64,000 bases of DNA from a virus, in the IMG/VR virus record IMGVR_UViG_2511231141_000002, one strand, 5' to 3'. The position numbers and the translations under genes are program-made. Below, in pieces: positions 39,747 to 49,700 of this stretch (its first letter is position 1; every line of letters starts with the position of its first letter). A model generated the notes under the pieces. The model was not told the origin of the DNA. It did no database searches and saw only the letters and a program-made list of their open reading frames with translations.

Positions 39747-39938
39747 CTAACTTAACGGCATCGGCCCCCCACCACGCGGCTCGTCTCTCGTCACCAGTTT
39801 GAGACCATCTCGCAACTTCCTCGCTGTCTCTTGGTCGATCACAAGCTCCAGTGGACCGTGTGCATCGGACAAAAGTACCCGAATCTCGCCTCCGTCGACC
39901 ACAACCTGCACCTCTGCTTCCTTGATGCTCAACCGCAA
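39747..39938 (-). CDS. Hypothetical protein
   Basis: Short ORF in the operon. Confidence 0.55.
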   Translation of the reverse strand: MRLSIKEAEVQVVVDGGEIRVLLSDAHGPLELVIDQETARKLRDGLKLVTRDEPRGGGPMPLS

Positions 39939-40417
39939 CTCGCTCGCTCCCCCTCCAACTGCCGCGCCAAACTTGCCAGCGCCATCCGCTCCTCGTTCAG
40001 CGCCAACCGCACCTGCTCCGCCACAAGCTCATGCCCAAGCTCATCGTCCTTCCGCACCCCGAGCAACGCCTGGCTCGCATCGACCCGGCGCTTGACCGCA
40101 CTGTAGAGCATCATCAGCGCCTGATATCGCTCTGTCGGAATCGCGACGACATTGCCTTGGACCGCCGCACTCGCCTGCTGCGCCTCCACACACGCCCTGG
40201 CCAACGACTGTGCCTCCCGCAAATCGTGATAGAGATCCAAGAGCGAATCCAACATCTCGCGGTATGCGTAGGCACGATCCCGAAGCGCCCGGTTGTGACT
40301 GGCCTCGCATTGTGCCCAGTGGCTCTGCAATTCCCGCAGGAAGTGGTCGTAGCACTCACAGACAATGGTCAGTCGGTTGTAGACCTCAGTGACTGACACG
40401 CTCCACGTCGTTTCCAT
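39929..40417 (-). CDS. Hypothetical helical protein
   Basis: GAGGGAGG RBS supports a start at METTW. Confidence 0.6.
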   Translation of the reverse strand: METTWSVSVTEVYNRLTIVCECYDHFLRELQSHWAQCEASHNRALRDRAYAYREMLDSLLDLYHDLREAQSLARACVEAQQASAAVQGNVVAIPTERYQALMMLYSAVKRRVDASQALLGVRKDDELGHELVAEQVRLALNEERMALASLARQLEGERASCG

Positions 40418-40640
40418 TTCGCCATGCCTCCCTCGCTTCGCGTAGAATGGTGGAGACTTCAGCTCGCGCCTTTTGTAGATTTGCAAACGCCAAAGGTTCC
40501 GCAGGATCGTCGGCCCATTCATAAGCCACCTCAGCGGCGCGACAACGTTCGACAGCCTCAAACAGCGCCTCTTGGTAGGCTCGGTAGACCTCGCTTGTCT
40601 CCCACGCCGGGGATCGTCGTCGAGCAATTCGATCAAGCAT
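40386..40640 (-). CDS. YaaL/DUF2508-like small protein
   Basis: AEVAYEWADDP..LAF...Q.AR pattern; GAGGTGG RBS. Confidence 0.55.
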   Translation of the reverse strand: MLDRIARRRSPAWETSEVYRAYQEALFEAVERCRAAEVAYEWADDPAEPLAFANLQKARAEVSTILREAREAWRNGNDVERVSH

Positions 40641-40678
40641 AATCACCACCTCACCATTGCGTGGCTTGCAGGACAAAA

Positions 40679-41788
40679 TCAGTCGTTCGTCAGGATCGCC
40701 GAGATCAAATGCAGGTGATCATCGTCATCATGGAAGGCCACCGGTCGACTCCGCCCAGCAAATCGCATCCTCACCGTCGCGCCTTCCATCGCCTGCAACA
40801 TCTCCAACATGAATCGCGCGTTGAGCGTCACCCGCACTTTCTCACCCGAAGATTCGAGAATCGGCACCTCTTCGCGCGCCTGACCGCGATCTCTCGCTCG
40901 CGATGTCATGTGTAGCGCGCCGTCCGACAAATCCATCGTGACCGAGTGATGTTCGTTCTCAGCGAGAATCATCGCACGTTCGACCGCCTGCTCAAGCCGA
41001 TCACGTTCCACCATGCACTCCGCGATAAACTCCGTCGGGATCACCCGAGTCACGTCATGGTACTCCGCTTGATACAAGAGCGCGTACAACCGGACATTCC
41101 CCCACGCGAACATCACGTAGTTGGCGCTCTGGTACACCTGCACCGTCGTGTCTTCTTCGTCTTCTAATAGTCGCAAGAGCTCTGATAGCCCGCGTCGCGG
41201 AACCGTAAACCGAATTGGCAAATCTCGCCCCAACTTCTGCGCCATTCGCGCCAACCTCAACCCGTCTGTCGCTGTCCAGACCAATCGACCGTCTTCGCAC
41301 CGGACATGAACGCCATCTAAAATCCGCCTCACCTGGTCCTGCTTCGCCGCTGCATAGGCCACAGCCTTAATCGCTTGGACGATGGCCTTCGCCGGGATCT
41401 CCACTGGCTCGATGCCCACCATGTCAGGCAACGTCGGAAATTCCACGGCGTCGCGAGCATTCAACTCCATGTGCGTCGTGCCCGAGTCCAAGCTGGCATT
41501 CAAGTGGTATGGAGGGATCGTTGCGATATCAATCGGGCCTTCCGGAAGCCGTCGCACCAAGTCTGACAGCAGTTTCGCCGGGAGCACGATTTCACCCGAA
41601 TCCACGACGTGCGCTTCAAGTGTCATCCGAAGCGCAACCTCCAAGTCATACGCCGTGAGCGTGACTTGACCGCCATTGGCCTCGATCAGCACGCCCTGGA
41701 GTATGGTCTTGGGTGTTCGCGCCGGCGCGATGCGAGCGAGTGCAGCTAGCGCAGGTTGGAGGATTTTTTGCTCGATTAGGCACCGCAT
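40679..41788 (-). CDS. dnaN: DNA polymerase III beta sliding clamp
   Basis: ILQGVLIEA..GQVTLTAYDLE, ATDGLRLA, LNARFMLE. Confidence 0.93.
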   Translation of the reverse strand: MRCLIEQKILQPALAALARIAPARTPKTILQGVLIEANGGQVTLTAYDLEVALRMTLEAHVVDSGEIVLPAKLLSDLVRRLPEGPIDIATIPPYHLNASLDSGTTHMELNARDAVEFPTLPDMVGIEPVEIPAKAIVQAIKAVAYAAAKQDQVRRILDGVHVRCEDGRLVWTATDGLRLARMAQKLGRDLPIRFTVPRRGLSELLRLLEDEEDTTVQVYQSANYVMFAWGNVRLYALLYQAEYHDVTRVIPTEFIAECMVERDRLEQAVERAMILAENEHHSVTMDLSDGALHMTSRARDRGQAREEVPILESSGEKVRVTLNARFMLEMLQAMEGATVRMRFAGRSRPVAFHDDDDHLHLISAILTND

Positions 41789-42084
41789 ATTGTCTCGGCC
41801 TCCGATGTCGAATTTTGCACGATTGCCTGACGCAATGCCTCGCGATCCTTCGGCGTGACTGCCTGCGGAACAACCAGGTAGATGGTGTGCACCACCGACA
41901 CCTTGCAGAACCTCGGCACTGCCATGAGCAACCGCGTCTCGTCGCATGGCTTGTTCGGATCGTAGGCCATCCGAAACCCGCGGCCCTCGTAGACCGGCGG
42001 GTACTCGCCTTCCTCCACGACGCCCAGACACAAGCCGCGCTTCATGCGAACTCGACCCTGCTCCCAAACAGCAAACTCAAACAT
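41776..42084 (-). CDS. Hypothetical protein
   Basis: RBS inside the hairpin of the start-associated motif. Confidence 0.6.
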   Translation of the reverse strand: MFEFAVWEQGRVRMKRGLCLGVVEEGEYPPVYEGRGFRMAYDPNKPCDETRLLMAVPRFCKVSVVHTIYLVVPQAVTPKDREALRQAIVQNSTSEAETICGA

Positions 42085-42100
42085 TCAACCACCCCTCTCA

Positions 42101-42463
42101 TTAAGTGGATGTTTGCAGGACAAACGGAACAACTTCTCCGTCGCGATACTCGAACATCGGCATCCCCAAGGCCTCCGCGATCGTCCGTTCCAACTGCGCG
42201 CCTCGCGAGGACTCCCAACCCGGCAGGAACACCACGGCGTGGCAGCCGAGCAGGCAGTGCAACGCTGCACGCATCCAGTCGTCCCATTGCCAGTCGTCGT
42301 CACCGCGGATCTCCGCCGGATTCACCACCACCAGCCCCTTCGCCCTAAGCCTCGCCGCGACCTCGTGAAACGCCGGACGATTGAAATCCGGGTAGCCGGA
42401 CATGGGGCCGGCTAAGTACCAGCGACCGTCACGTTTGAGCGTATCCAGGTCTTTCAGTGCCAC
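42101..42463 (-). CDS. DUF4406 family (nucleoside deoxyribosyltransferase-like)
   Basis: YLAGPMSG..DFNRPAF...NPAE...LPGWESSRGA.LE. Confidence 0.88.
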   Translation of the reverse strand: MALKDLDTLKRDGRWYLAGPMSGYPDFNRPAFHEVAARLRAKGLVVVNPAEIRGDDDWQWDDWMRAALHCLLGCHAVVFLPGWESSRGAQLERTIAEALGMPMFEYRDGEVVPFVLQTST

Positions 42464-42765
42464 GCGTTTTGCCGCCCCTCCTCTGCGTATCGGTCAATGA
42501 CTTCAAACCACCGCGCAAACCGCGCCCTTAGTGCCTGACCCGCCCGCAAGTCGTAATCCTCCAGTTCGACAATCAGTTCGTCCGCTTCGCAAGCGATATT
42601 GATGAGCGCGTCCAAGTAGTCTTTCTGAACCAAGATCTCCATCGCATCATCCTTCCTTATAAGATCTTTTGAGATGTTTATTAACTCCAAAACGATGAGC
42701 ATGGAATCCGGCGCTACGACAGATGAATCGAGCATCTTAGGGTTGTCGCTGTTCTCGTCAACCAC
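42454..42765 (-). CDS. Hypothetical protein
   Basis: Overlaps both neighbours. Confidence 0.55.
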   Translation of the reverse strand: MVDENSDNPKMLDSSVVAPDSMLIVLELINISKDLIRKDDAMEILVQKDYLDALINIACEADELIVELEDYDLRAGQALRARFARWFEVIDRYAEEGRQNAWH

Positions 42766-43294
42766 TCACCGTCTGCAAGGCAATCCATCTTCCCCGTGCC
42801 CGCCTCAACGCCCGGCACACCGAAGGCTGGGTTACGCCCAACCTGCGCCCGATCTCGGCCTGCGAATACCCCGCAACCGTCCACCCGACAATCGCGCGGT
42901 CTCGCGGCGTCAACTCCGCCATGAACTCGCGAACCTCAAGCTCGCTCCAGTCAAACTCCTGCCGAAGATCCCGACTCTCCACTTGCTTTTCGCCTTCGTC
43001 TTCGTCTTCAAACTCCAGCAGGATCGACCGTTGCAATTGACGCCTCACCGCACACACAATCAGCTTCTGCATTTCACGTGCGATCACCAGCGCAGCAAAT
43101 CCAGCGAATTTTCCGACTCCAACGCGATAGAACAACGCCGCCCTGCACAACGCAAGCAACCCCGCTGCTACGAGATCGTCGAATTCGATTCCTACCCGTT
43201 CGGCGCGGTAGCGATAACGACGAGCAATGTGGTAGACCAACCCAATGTTCTTCGCAGCTAGTTCGCGTTGAGCGTCGTTCATCCTCATCACCAT
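42758..43294 (-). CDS. Sigma-70 family (SigF/G-like) sigma factor
   Basis: NIGLVYHIARRY...DDLVAAGLLAL...F.GFA; region-4 HTH SQAEIGRRLGVTQ. Confidence 0.85.
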   Translation of the reverse strand: MVMRMNDAQRELAAKNIGLVYHIARRYRYRAERVGIEFDDLVAAGLLALCRAALFYRVGVGKFAGFAALVIAREMQKLIVCAVRRQLQRSILLEFEDEDEGEKQVESRDLRQEFDWSELEVREFMAELTPRDRAIVGWTVAGYSQAEIGRRLGVTQPSVCRALRRARGRWIALQTVSG

Positions 43295-43319
43295 TGCCTC
43301 ACCGCTGCCTTCTACAGCC

Positions 43320-43505
43320 TCACTCTTTGACCCATGTCATGAAGATCCCAACTTGTGAGTGGGGATCGTCGGCTTGTTTGATCCTCGCCTCTTCCGCAGC
43401 GTATTCCGGATCCTTGTACACCTCGATGAGTGGCGGCACATCCACTTCACCCGGCCACCACTGTGCGACCACCCAGACCGGGTTGTTCCCTTTCATCGTT
43501 CTCAT
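43320..43505 (-). CDS. Hypothetical protein
   Basis: GGAGG RBS. Confidence 0.55.
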   Translation of the reverse strand: MRTMKGNNPVWVVAQWWPGEVDVPPLIEVYKDPEYAAEEARIKQADDPHSQVGIFMTWVKE

Positions 43506-43543
43506 TCGCCTCCAATCTCGATTTCCAATAGAGCTTCCCACGT

Positions 43544-43571
43544 GCAGGAATCGAACATCTTCTTCTCGAAT
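43544..43571 (+). promoter_or_regulatory. SigH-type promoter
   Basis: GCAGGA-N18-GAAT, 42 bp upstream of ATG 43613. Confidence 0.7.
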
Positions 43572-43612
43572 GCCTAGGTATCAATACCATCTCCTTTTGT
43601 TCTGGAGGTATC

Positions 43613-44224
43613 ATGAGACCATCAGAACCAAACTCCTGTAAGGAACCAGAGAAAGGCGGAAATCAAGAGACCAAAGATGCTATACGCCAACGCGAAAGCT
43701 CCAGCCTCTTCTTCGAACTCTCTCCGATGGCGTTTCGGTCGCAATTTCAAGATTCCCAAAAGAAAGAAGAATGCCGAAGCGTACAGAACGAACATTCATC
43801 TACTCCTTCCAGCCCTTTTCTATCTTTGCTTTGGTTGTGGTATCGCGATTCGTTATGGGGAATCTTTTGCTGGTTCCATCCACGCTTCAAAAACACGAAT
43901 CCATACAATCGCTCGACGATCGAAATGTTCATGATATGTCTTAGTGGAGCCATACTATTCTTTTTGATGTACTTTCTACTTGAAAATTCAAAATACGCAC
44001 CAAATCTCAGTTGGTCGAATCCCGGGACCTGGTTCTTAAGCCTCGGGTTTACTCTTTTCTCGTTACTCACGTCAATTTTAGGGGCACTTATCATGTCTTT
44101 GATGTTTGTTATCGTTCCCTGGATTGCAAGATGCTTGGTCACTATTTGGCGAATTGTAAAATCCAAATTCAAGTATTCGAAGAAACAATGGCATCCCAAC
44201 AACAAAATATACAAAACTAATTGA
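43613..44224 (+). CDS. Low-GC membrane protein inserted antisense to the operon
   Basis: GGAGG RBS; TM helices. Confidence 0.7.
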   Translation: MRPSEPNSCKEPEKGGNQETKDAIRQRESSSLFFELSPMAFRSQFQDSQKKEECRSVQNEHSSTPSSPFLSLLWLWYRDSLWGIFCWFHPRFKNTNPYNRSTIEMFMICLSGAILFFLMYFLLENSKYAPNLSWSNPGTWFLSLGFTLFSLLTSILGALIMSLMFVIVPWIARCLVTIWRIVKSKFKYSKKQWHPNNKIYKTN

Positions 44225-44398
44225 AATGTCCAAGAAAGCATATGTGCCCTTTGTCAAATGTAGAGAATGATATAAATACGGAATCAGATTCACAGATGTC
44301 CCTCCTCGCGTCATGTTCCTTTCGGGTTTTGGATCATACACCCGCTCTATACAAGCTCTCGTTCACGGACTCATCCCTCTCTATCCATAGGTGAGCCG

Positions 44399-46219
44399 TC
44401 ATACAACACCGATCGCCTCCGCCGCCGCTTTAGACTCCTCATGCCTCTGCACCACATCCCGGAAGATCTCCCACCTATGCGGCAACACCATCGCGTACCG
44501 CACCAGAAACTCCTGTCGCTCCAGCCGTTGCCCAAGCACCGCATTGAGCAGCGCGTTCGCCTCGTCCATCGTCTCGGGCAACAGCGCGTACGGGATGTTG
44601 TTCGCCTTGAAGATCCGCTTAAGCAACTCTTCCTGCCTCGGCGTTGGCTTCGTCAGGAGCTCCGCCGCCTCCCACCGCGTCTGCGGCGCTTGCAGACCTC
44701 GGCGCTCCAGCGCCGCCACTTGCTTCTCCGTCGGCGGCAGATCCATCCACTCCTCCTCGGCCCCCACCGCACTCTTTGACAACCCGATCTGCGCGTACGT
44801 CGCCGCCGCGCCCCAGGCCATCTCGGAGTCCGGCCCGAAGTACACTCGGTGCATCTCGGGCTTATCGCTCGGATCGTCCGTACTGAATCGTCCATAGGCC
44901 ACGTACCAGCCGACCTGCGTCTGCTCGACCCGGACAAAGTTTCCGCGGAAGTCTCGCGCGAGCCACACACGCTCGCGCACCCGCATCCACCGGAACGCGC
45001 TCGCCGTAAGCCGCTTGGCGACCCTCGGCCCGCGCTCGCCGCCGGCCCGCTCGCGCTTCTCGCCGCTTTCGTCCTTGTCCTCGCCCGCGAGCAGCCGATC
45101 CACCGTCATCAGCCGGTGCACGTCCGTGACCCCGACCACATCAAGCACCAAGCAGTCCTGCTTGAAGATGTGCGGCGCGATCCGCAGGCCTCGGCCAACG
45201 CACTGGACGTAAAGGCTGTGAGACAAGGTGGGTCGCGCCATGATGATGCAGGACACTTCGGGCCGATCGAATCCTTCTGTAAGTACGCCATAATTGCATA
45301 GGACTCGAATATTTCCATCTGAGAACGCGTCAAGGGTCTGTCGACGCGCCTCCTTGGGCAAGGCGCCGTGCACCACCGCCACGGGGACTCCCGCCTGCTC
45401 GAACTCCTCCGCCAGGTGATACGCGTGTTCCACACTGGCGCAGAACGCGATCGTCAGCCGGTCGGAGGCCTGCGCCTGCCACGCCGCGACGATCTGTTTG
45501 TTGACACTTGGCGTATCCACCGCGCCCTCGACCTCAGCATCCGACCAATCGCCGTCGTTCTTGTCCTCAAGACCTTCGACGATCTCGAGTTTCACGCTCT
45601 TCGGCGGAACCAGGAACCCCATGTCGATCAGGTCGTGGATCCCGATCGCGTAGGCCACGCCGTCGTAGACCTTGCGGAGGTCGGCCTTGTCGGTTCGATA
45701 CGGCGTCGCCGTGAGTCCCAGATGCACATGACCATCCGGCACCGCGCCGAGGAACCCGAGCGCGTGGTAGATGCGCATGTACGTCCTCGCCGTCGCGTGG
45801 TGGCACTCGTCCGTGATCACGGTGGGTGTCGTCTCATGCGCGTCCATCCAGCGCTCCAAGCGCTCCGACTGCGAGATCGTCTGAACGCTCGCCACCGCGA
45901 AATCCGCCTCGACGTCGTCGTCCGGGCCTTGGATCCGACCGACCTTCACCTCACACCCCTTTGGAGCCAAGGCGTCGAACACCACCGAGAACTTCTCCAG
46001 CGTCTGATCGAGCAACTCGTCGCGGTGGGCTAGGAACAACACCGGCCCGCGTTCAAGCCTCTCCACGGCGAACTGCGACGACATCACGGTCTTGCCTGCG
46101 CCCGTCGCGGCCACGAGGATAGGCCGCGGCTTTGGATATCGTCGAATCGCGTCGACGGCTTCGAGTTGGTAGTCGCGGAGTTTGAGTTCGTTTTGGTGTT
46201 TGGCGGTAATGGTTCTCAA
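44399..46219 (-). CDS. SF2 DEAD/DEAH helicase (Irc3/ResIII-like)
   Basis: ATGAGKT, DECHH, LTATPYR, QCVGRGLR. Confidence 0.95.
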   Translation of the reverse strand: MRTITAKHQNELKLRDYQLEAVDAIRRYPKPRPILVAATGAGKTVMSSQFAVERLERGPVLFLAHRDELLDQTLEKFSVVFDALAPKGCEVKVGRIQGPDDDVEADFAVASVQTISQSERLERWMDAHETTPTVITDECHHATARTYMRIYHALGFLGAVPDGHVHLGLTATPYRTDKADLRKVYDGVAYAIGIHDLIDMGFLVPPKSVKLEIVEGLEDKNDGDWSDAEVEGAVDTPSVNKQIVAAWQAQASDRLTIAFCASVEHAYHLAEEFEQAGVPVAVVHGALPKEARRQTLDAFSDGNIRVLCNYGVLTEGFDRPEVSCIIMARPTLSHSLYVQCVGRGLRIAPHIFKQDCLVLDVVGVTDVHRLMTVDRLLAGEDKDESGEKRERAGGERGPRVAKRLTASAFRWMRVRERVWLARDFRGNFVRVEQTQVGWYVAYGRFSTDDPSDKPEMHRVYFGPDSEMAWGAAATYAQIGLSKSAVGAEEEWMDLPPTEKQVAALERRGLQAPQTRWEAAELLTKPTPRQEELLKRIFKANNIPYALLPETMDEANALLNAVLGQRLERQEFLVRYAMVLPHRWEIFRDVVQRHEESKAAAEAIGVV

Positions 46220-46225
46220 TCTCCA

Positions 46226-46723
46226 TCACCCCGTGAATCGACACATTTCAACTTTGCTGTTCAACGCGCGTAGCCTCGCACTGTCATCTGGAAGCACATT
46301 CAGCACACATGGCGACCAGTGCGGACGCTTGTAGGCACCGAAATGGTTGGAATAGGGAATGGTCAACACGCCTCCGTCGACCACATAATTCAGCACCACC
46401 CATCCCCGCTGCGAACGATCAGGCACGAAAATGAACAACTGACGGCGCTGAATCAAATCCAGCAAATACACTGCAAATGCTTTACTCATGCCGCACCAGA
46501 GAAAATTGTTTGGAGCAATGGTTAGCCCGTACTCTCCATCCACAGGGATGTAAGTACGAAAATGTCGTTGAAGTTCCGCGAACGATGTTCCGACGTGCTT
46601 CAACACATACATCCAAATCGCTTGTCGAAAATCACCTTTTTGAGCGAATTCCATCCATGCGTCCTCGGAATATGGACTGCTCATCTTCTCCCACTTCATG
46701 ATGTTCATCGACATCGTCAACAC
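46226..46723 (-). CDS. Primase-associated protein (SaPI-like family)
   Basis: SFAEL...N.FLW.G...YVVDGGVL.IP...PHW.P pattern. Confidence 0.6.
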   Translation of the reverse strand: MLTMSMNIMKWEKMSSPYSEDAWMEFAQKGDFRQAIWMYVLKHVGTSFAELQRHFRTYIPVDGEYGLTIAPNNFLWCGMSKAFAVYLLDLIQRRQLFIFVPDRSQRGWVVLNYVVDGGVLTIPYSNHFGAYKRPHWSPCVLNVLPDDSARLRALNSKVEMCRFTG

Positions 46724-46733
46724 CTCATTGTTC

Positions 46734-49700
46734 CTATTGGATTACGCCTTTTGGCAAAGAACCAGATTCAAGCATGCTAACATCATCGAACTTGTGCTCT
46801 TCAGCGTACGCCTCCGTGACTGGCATCGAGATGTACTCCAACTTCCTCTGATCCAGATTCACGACTTCGCGACTCACCAACAGCATTCGCCCCGCTTCGC
46901 CCAGGCGAACGCCCGTCCAAACATGAATCGGTTTACCTTTCCAGCGCGGGCGCGAATAGTCGATTTTGTGGGGAGCATAGTTCCGCAACCGTTCGAGCAA
47001 TTTCGCAGCTCCCGGATATTTGCGCCCCGTCTCCTTCGCATAGATCTCCATCGCCTTTTGAAGCAGATCCCGCGGCACGCTGAAATCCTTGCCGAGTTCG
47101 ATAATCCCCTCGTCAATCGCCGCCTTCACCACATCATTTGCACGCCAGTAATAGTCCTTTTCGCGCAGCATCTCTTTGGACTCCGTGATGTTGCGGCCTT
47201 CACGTCGCATCTGCCGATAATGCAGCAACCCGAGGTAGCACATGTACGACAGCGCCTCAGGCGTCCTCAGCCGTTCCACCCACCCCGGCCCTTGCCGCTT
47301 GAAGCGCTCCATCATCGGGTACAGAAGGATCCGTCGGAAGTAGCCATGGGTCGGATCCTTCGTGGGCGGCAACTCATTCGCGCCGTAAATCAACTTCGTC
47401 TGCGGCTTGAATTCGAACGAAGCCTTGAACTTGCGCTCGGCTCGAACCACATCGTTGCCGATCCAGCCTTTCAGGAAGCTCGTGTCCTCGATCCCTGTGC
47501 CCGCCATGTCCGGTACGATGTCGATCGCTGCCCGAGTCAAACACGCTGAAGCAAAGCGATTGCGTTCGAGGCTTTGCACGCTCTCCGTCACTGCGTAAAT
47601 CCCGAAGGCCTTCGCCAGCATACCGAGGAGCGTTGACTTACCGTTCTGGCCTGGCCCGTAGAGAATGGCGTAGCACTCTTCGGACTGATCCCATCTGCAC
47701 AGACAATAACCGAGAAACTCGAGAATTGAACGTCGTGTCTCGTCATCCGGAAACGTCGTACGGAAGAAGTCCAGCACGTCGACTTCCGCGTCCTTCATTG
47801 CAAGCGTCCATGACTTCGGAGTTCGGTGCCAATTTTCAAAGAACGGAATCGTCAGCTTCCAGTTAATCCGATGTCGTGGCGAGAACTCATGGATTCGCCA
47901 ATCGTGGTCAAACGGATCACTCATGTCCAGGAGCCCGTTTTCAAACGGCACCAACGGTTCGGTGTTCCAAACCTCGTGCACCCGAATGGATTCGACGGAA
48001 TGGTCTTTGTCATGCTCGAGGTTGGTAATCAACATCCGCTTGATCTCTTCTGCGCGTGACCACGTCGCCCAGGTCGGCTTGATGGTCTCCAGGGCCTCCA
48101 GGATAAAGTCCCGGATGACTGCCTCGTCTTTTCCATCATCTGTAGGCGTCGTGTAGATCGTCCCGTCGTAGTAGTAACAGGATTGAAAGAAGTACTGTAG
48201 GTTGAAATCCTTTTTGATGAGAGTCGCCATGCGCCGGAACAGCAGGTGTTCTTTCCCCTTTTCCTCATCGACGTAGACGAAATATCCCTTCTTCTCCCGC
48301 GCCCATTTCCGAGCCGTGTGATTCGTAAACGGCTGTTCGCACCAGTTTGTGTTGTCTTCCGGCGCTTCGCTTAGATCCTCGGTCCAAGCGACAGGATCGT
48401 GTACGATCACATCTTCGGGAACTTCCACCAAATCCTCTGCGCCCGCGGCGACCCGAGCTCCTCCGTTAGCATGCAGCGCCTCTTCCGTCGTCTTTGTCGG
48501 AAGCCCGTCCATCTTCGGTCCATCCACTTCATCCGGAGCGCCGTAAAGTCCCGGAAGCCCCAGTTTCGCCGCGTAGGCTCTCCGAACAAACGTGGCCGGA
48601 CTGGATCCCCGTTGAAAGTGCCTGCACGCTGCACAAACACTCATCGGATCGAGTTCTTGGAACGTGGAACACAGAACAGCCATCGGTCGCGACGATCGGA
48701 ACTTTCTCTCAGTCTCGATCGCGTTGTATCGCTTGCCCGGTCCCACGTCATAGCCTTCCGACCATTTGTGAAAGAGGGAAGAGTCAGGAACCATCGATTT
48801 CAGTAGACATGCCATTTTATGCCATATAGGTTCGGTCACAATGTTTGGATCCTGCACATAAGCCTTGAACCTTGCACAGATGGTCGGCAATTGCTCTTCG
48901 ACAAAGTCAGCGGGGACAGGCTTCCAATCGCCCGTGAACTCGCCGCCGTCATCTGTCGCAGACACTGACTCTGTCCGCGTTAAATCAATACCCAACGCCT
49001 CAGCAATCCCGTCAATTGCTGCCTCAAGTTCGTCAGGCTTGTACAGTGCATCCTTGCGCCATTCTTCAACTGTGACCTTGACGATGCGCCCCGATTTCGT
49101 GTGCATGGAGCCTGGAATCCGCATCACTCTCGCAACATCGGCCACGTTGAGATCGCTTGACAGTACCCTTGCGAGCTTCCAAACAATCCGTCGCCCGCGC
49201 TCACAATCCATCTCGGGACGCTCGAACTTGAAGTACAGGTGCCGTCCTCGACCTCCGCCCGACCGCACAACTGCGCTGGGGATGAAGCCCTTGTCCGCCA
49301 ACATAGCCAACACGCGTTCGGCATGCGCCATGCGTTCCTCGTCGTCTTCCCGGCCGTGGTCGTCCACGTCCGCCCAAGCCCCTGGACAGGCCACGACGTC
49401 GTCTGCGCTGCCTCCGATCCATCGCCCCTCCTGCGTCCGCTGCACTGGCTTGTCGCGCAAGCAGGTGCCGAAGTACCATCCGCATCGCGCCATGTCCGGG
49501 CTTCTGTACCCGCGGTCAAAGTAGTCCCGCAACGCCTCAAAGTCCTTCGTGATGAACGACCGCCGCGCCTTAACGGCTTTGAACGCCATCTCCCGATCGT
49601 CCTTCCGGTTCGGGATCGGCCTGATCTCCACGTAGCCTGCCGCCCCCTCGAACCACCATCGCAGGAAGTCGATCGATTCGGCGGGATCACCACAGAACGC

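Larger units (their letters stand above)
1397..42124 (-). promoter_or_regulatory. Dispersed start-associated motif TTTTGYCCTGCAA followed by an RBS-occluding hairpin (12 copies)
   Basis: + strand cores at 1397, 4410, 6343, 6592, 6992, 9309, 14163, 17800, 19133, 20309, 40668, 42115, each just upstream of a minus-strand start codon. Confidence 0.8.

Noticed and set aside
1397-42124. GCAGGRCAAA copies as sigma-H promoters on the + strand
   Set aside because: None has GAAT at the required 17-18-nt spacing, unlike the site at 43544.
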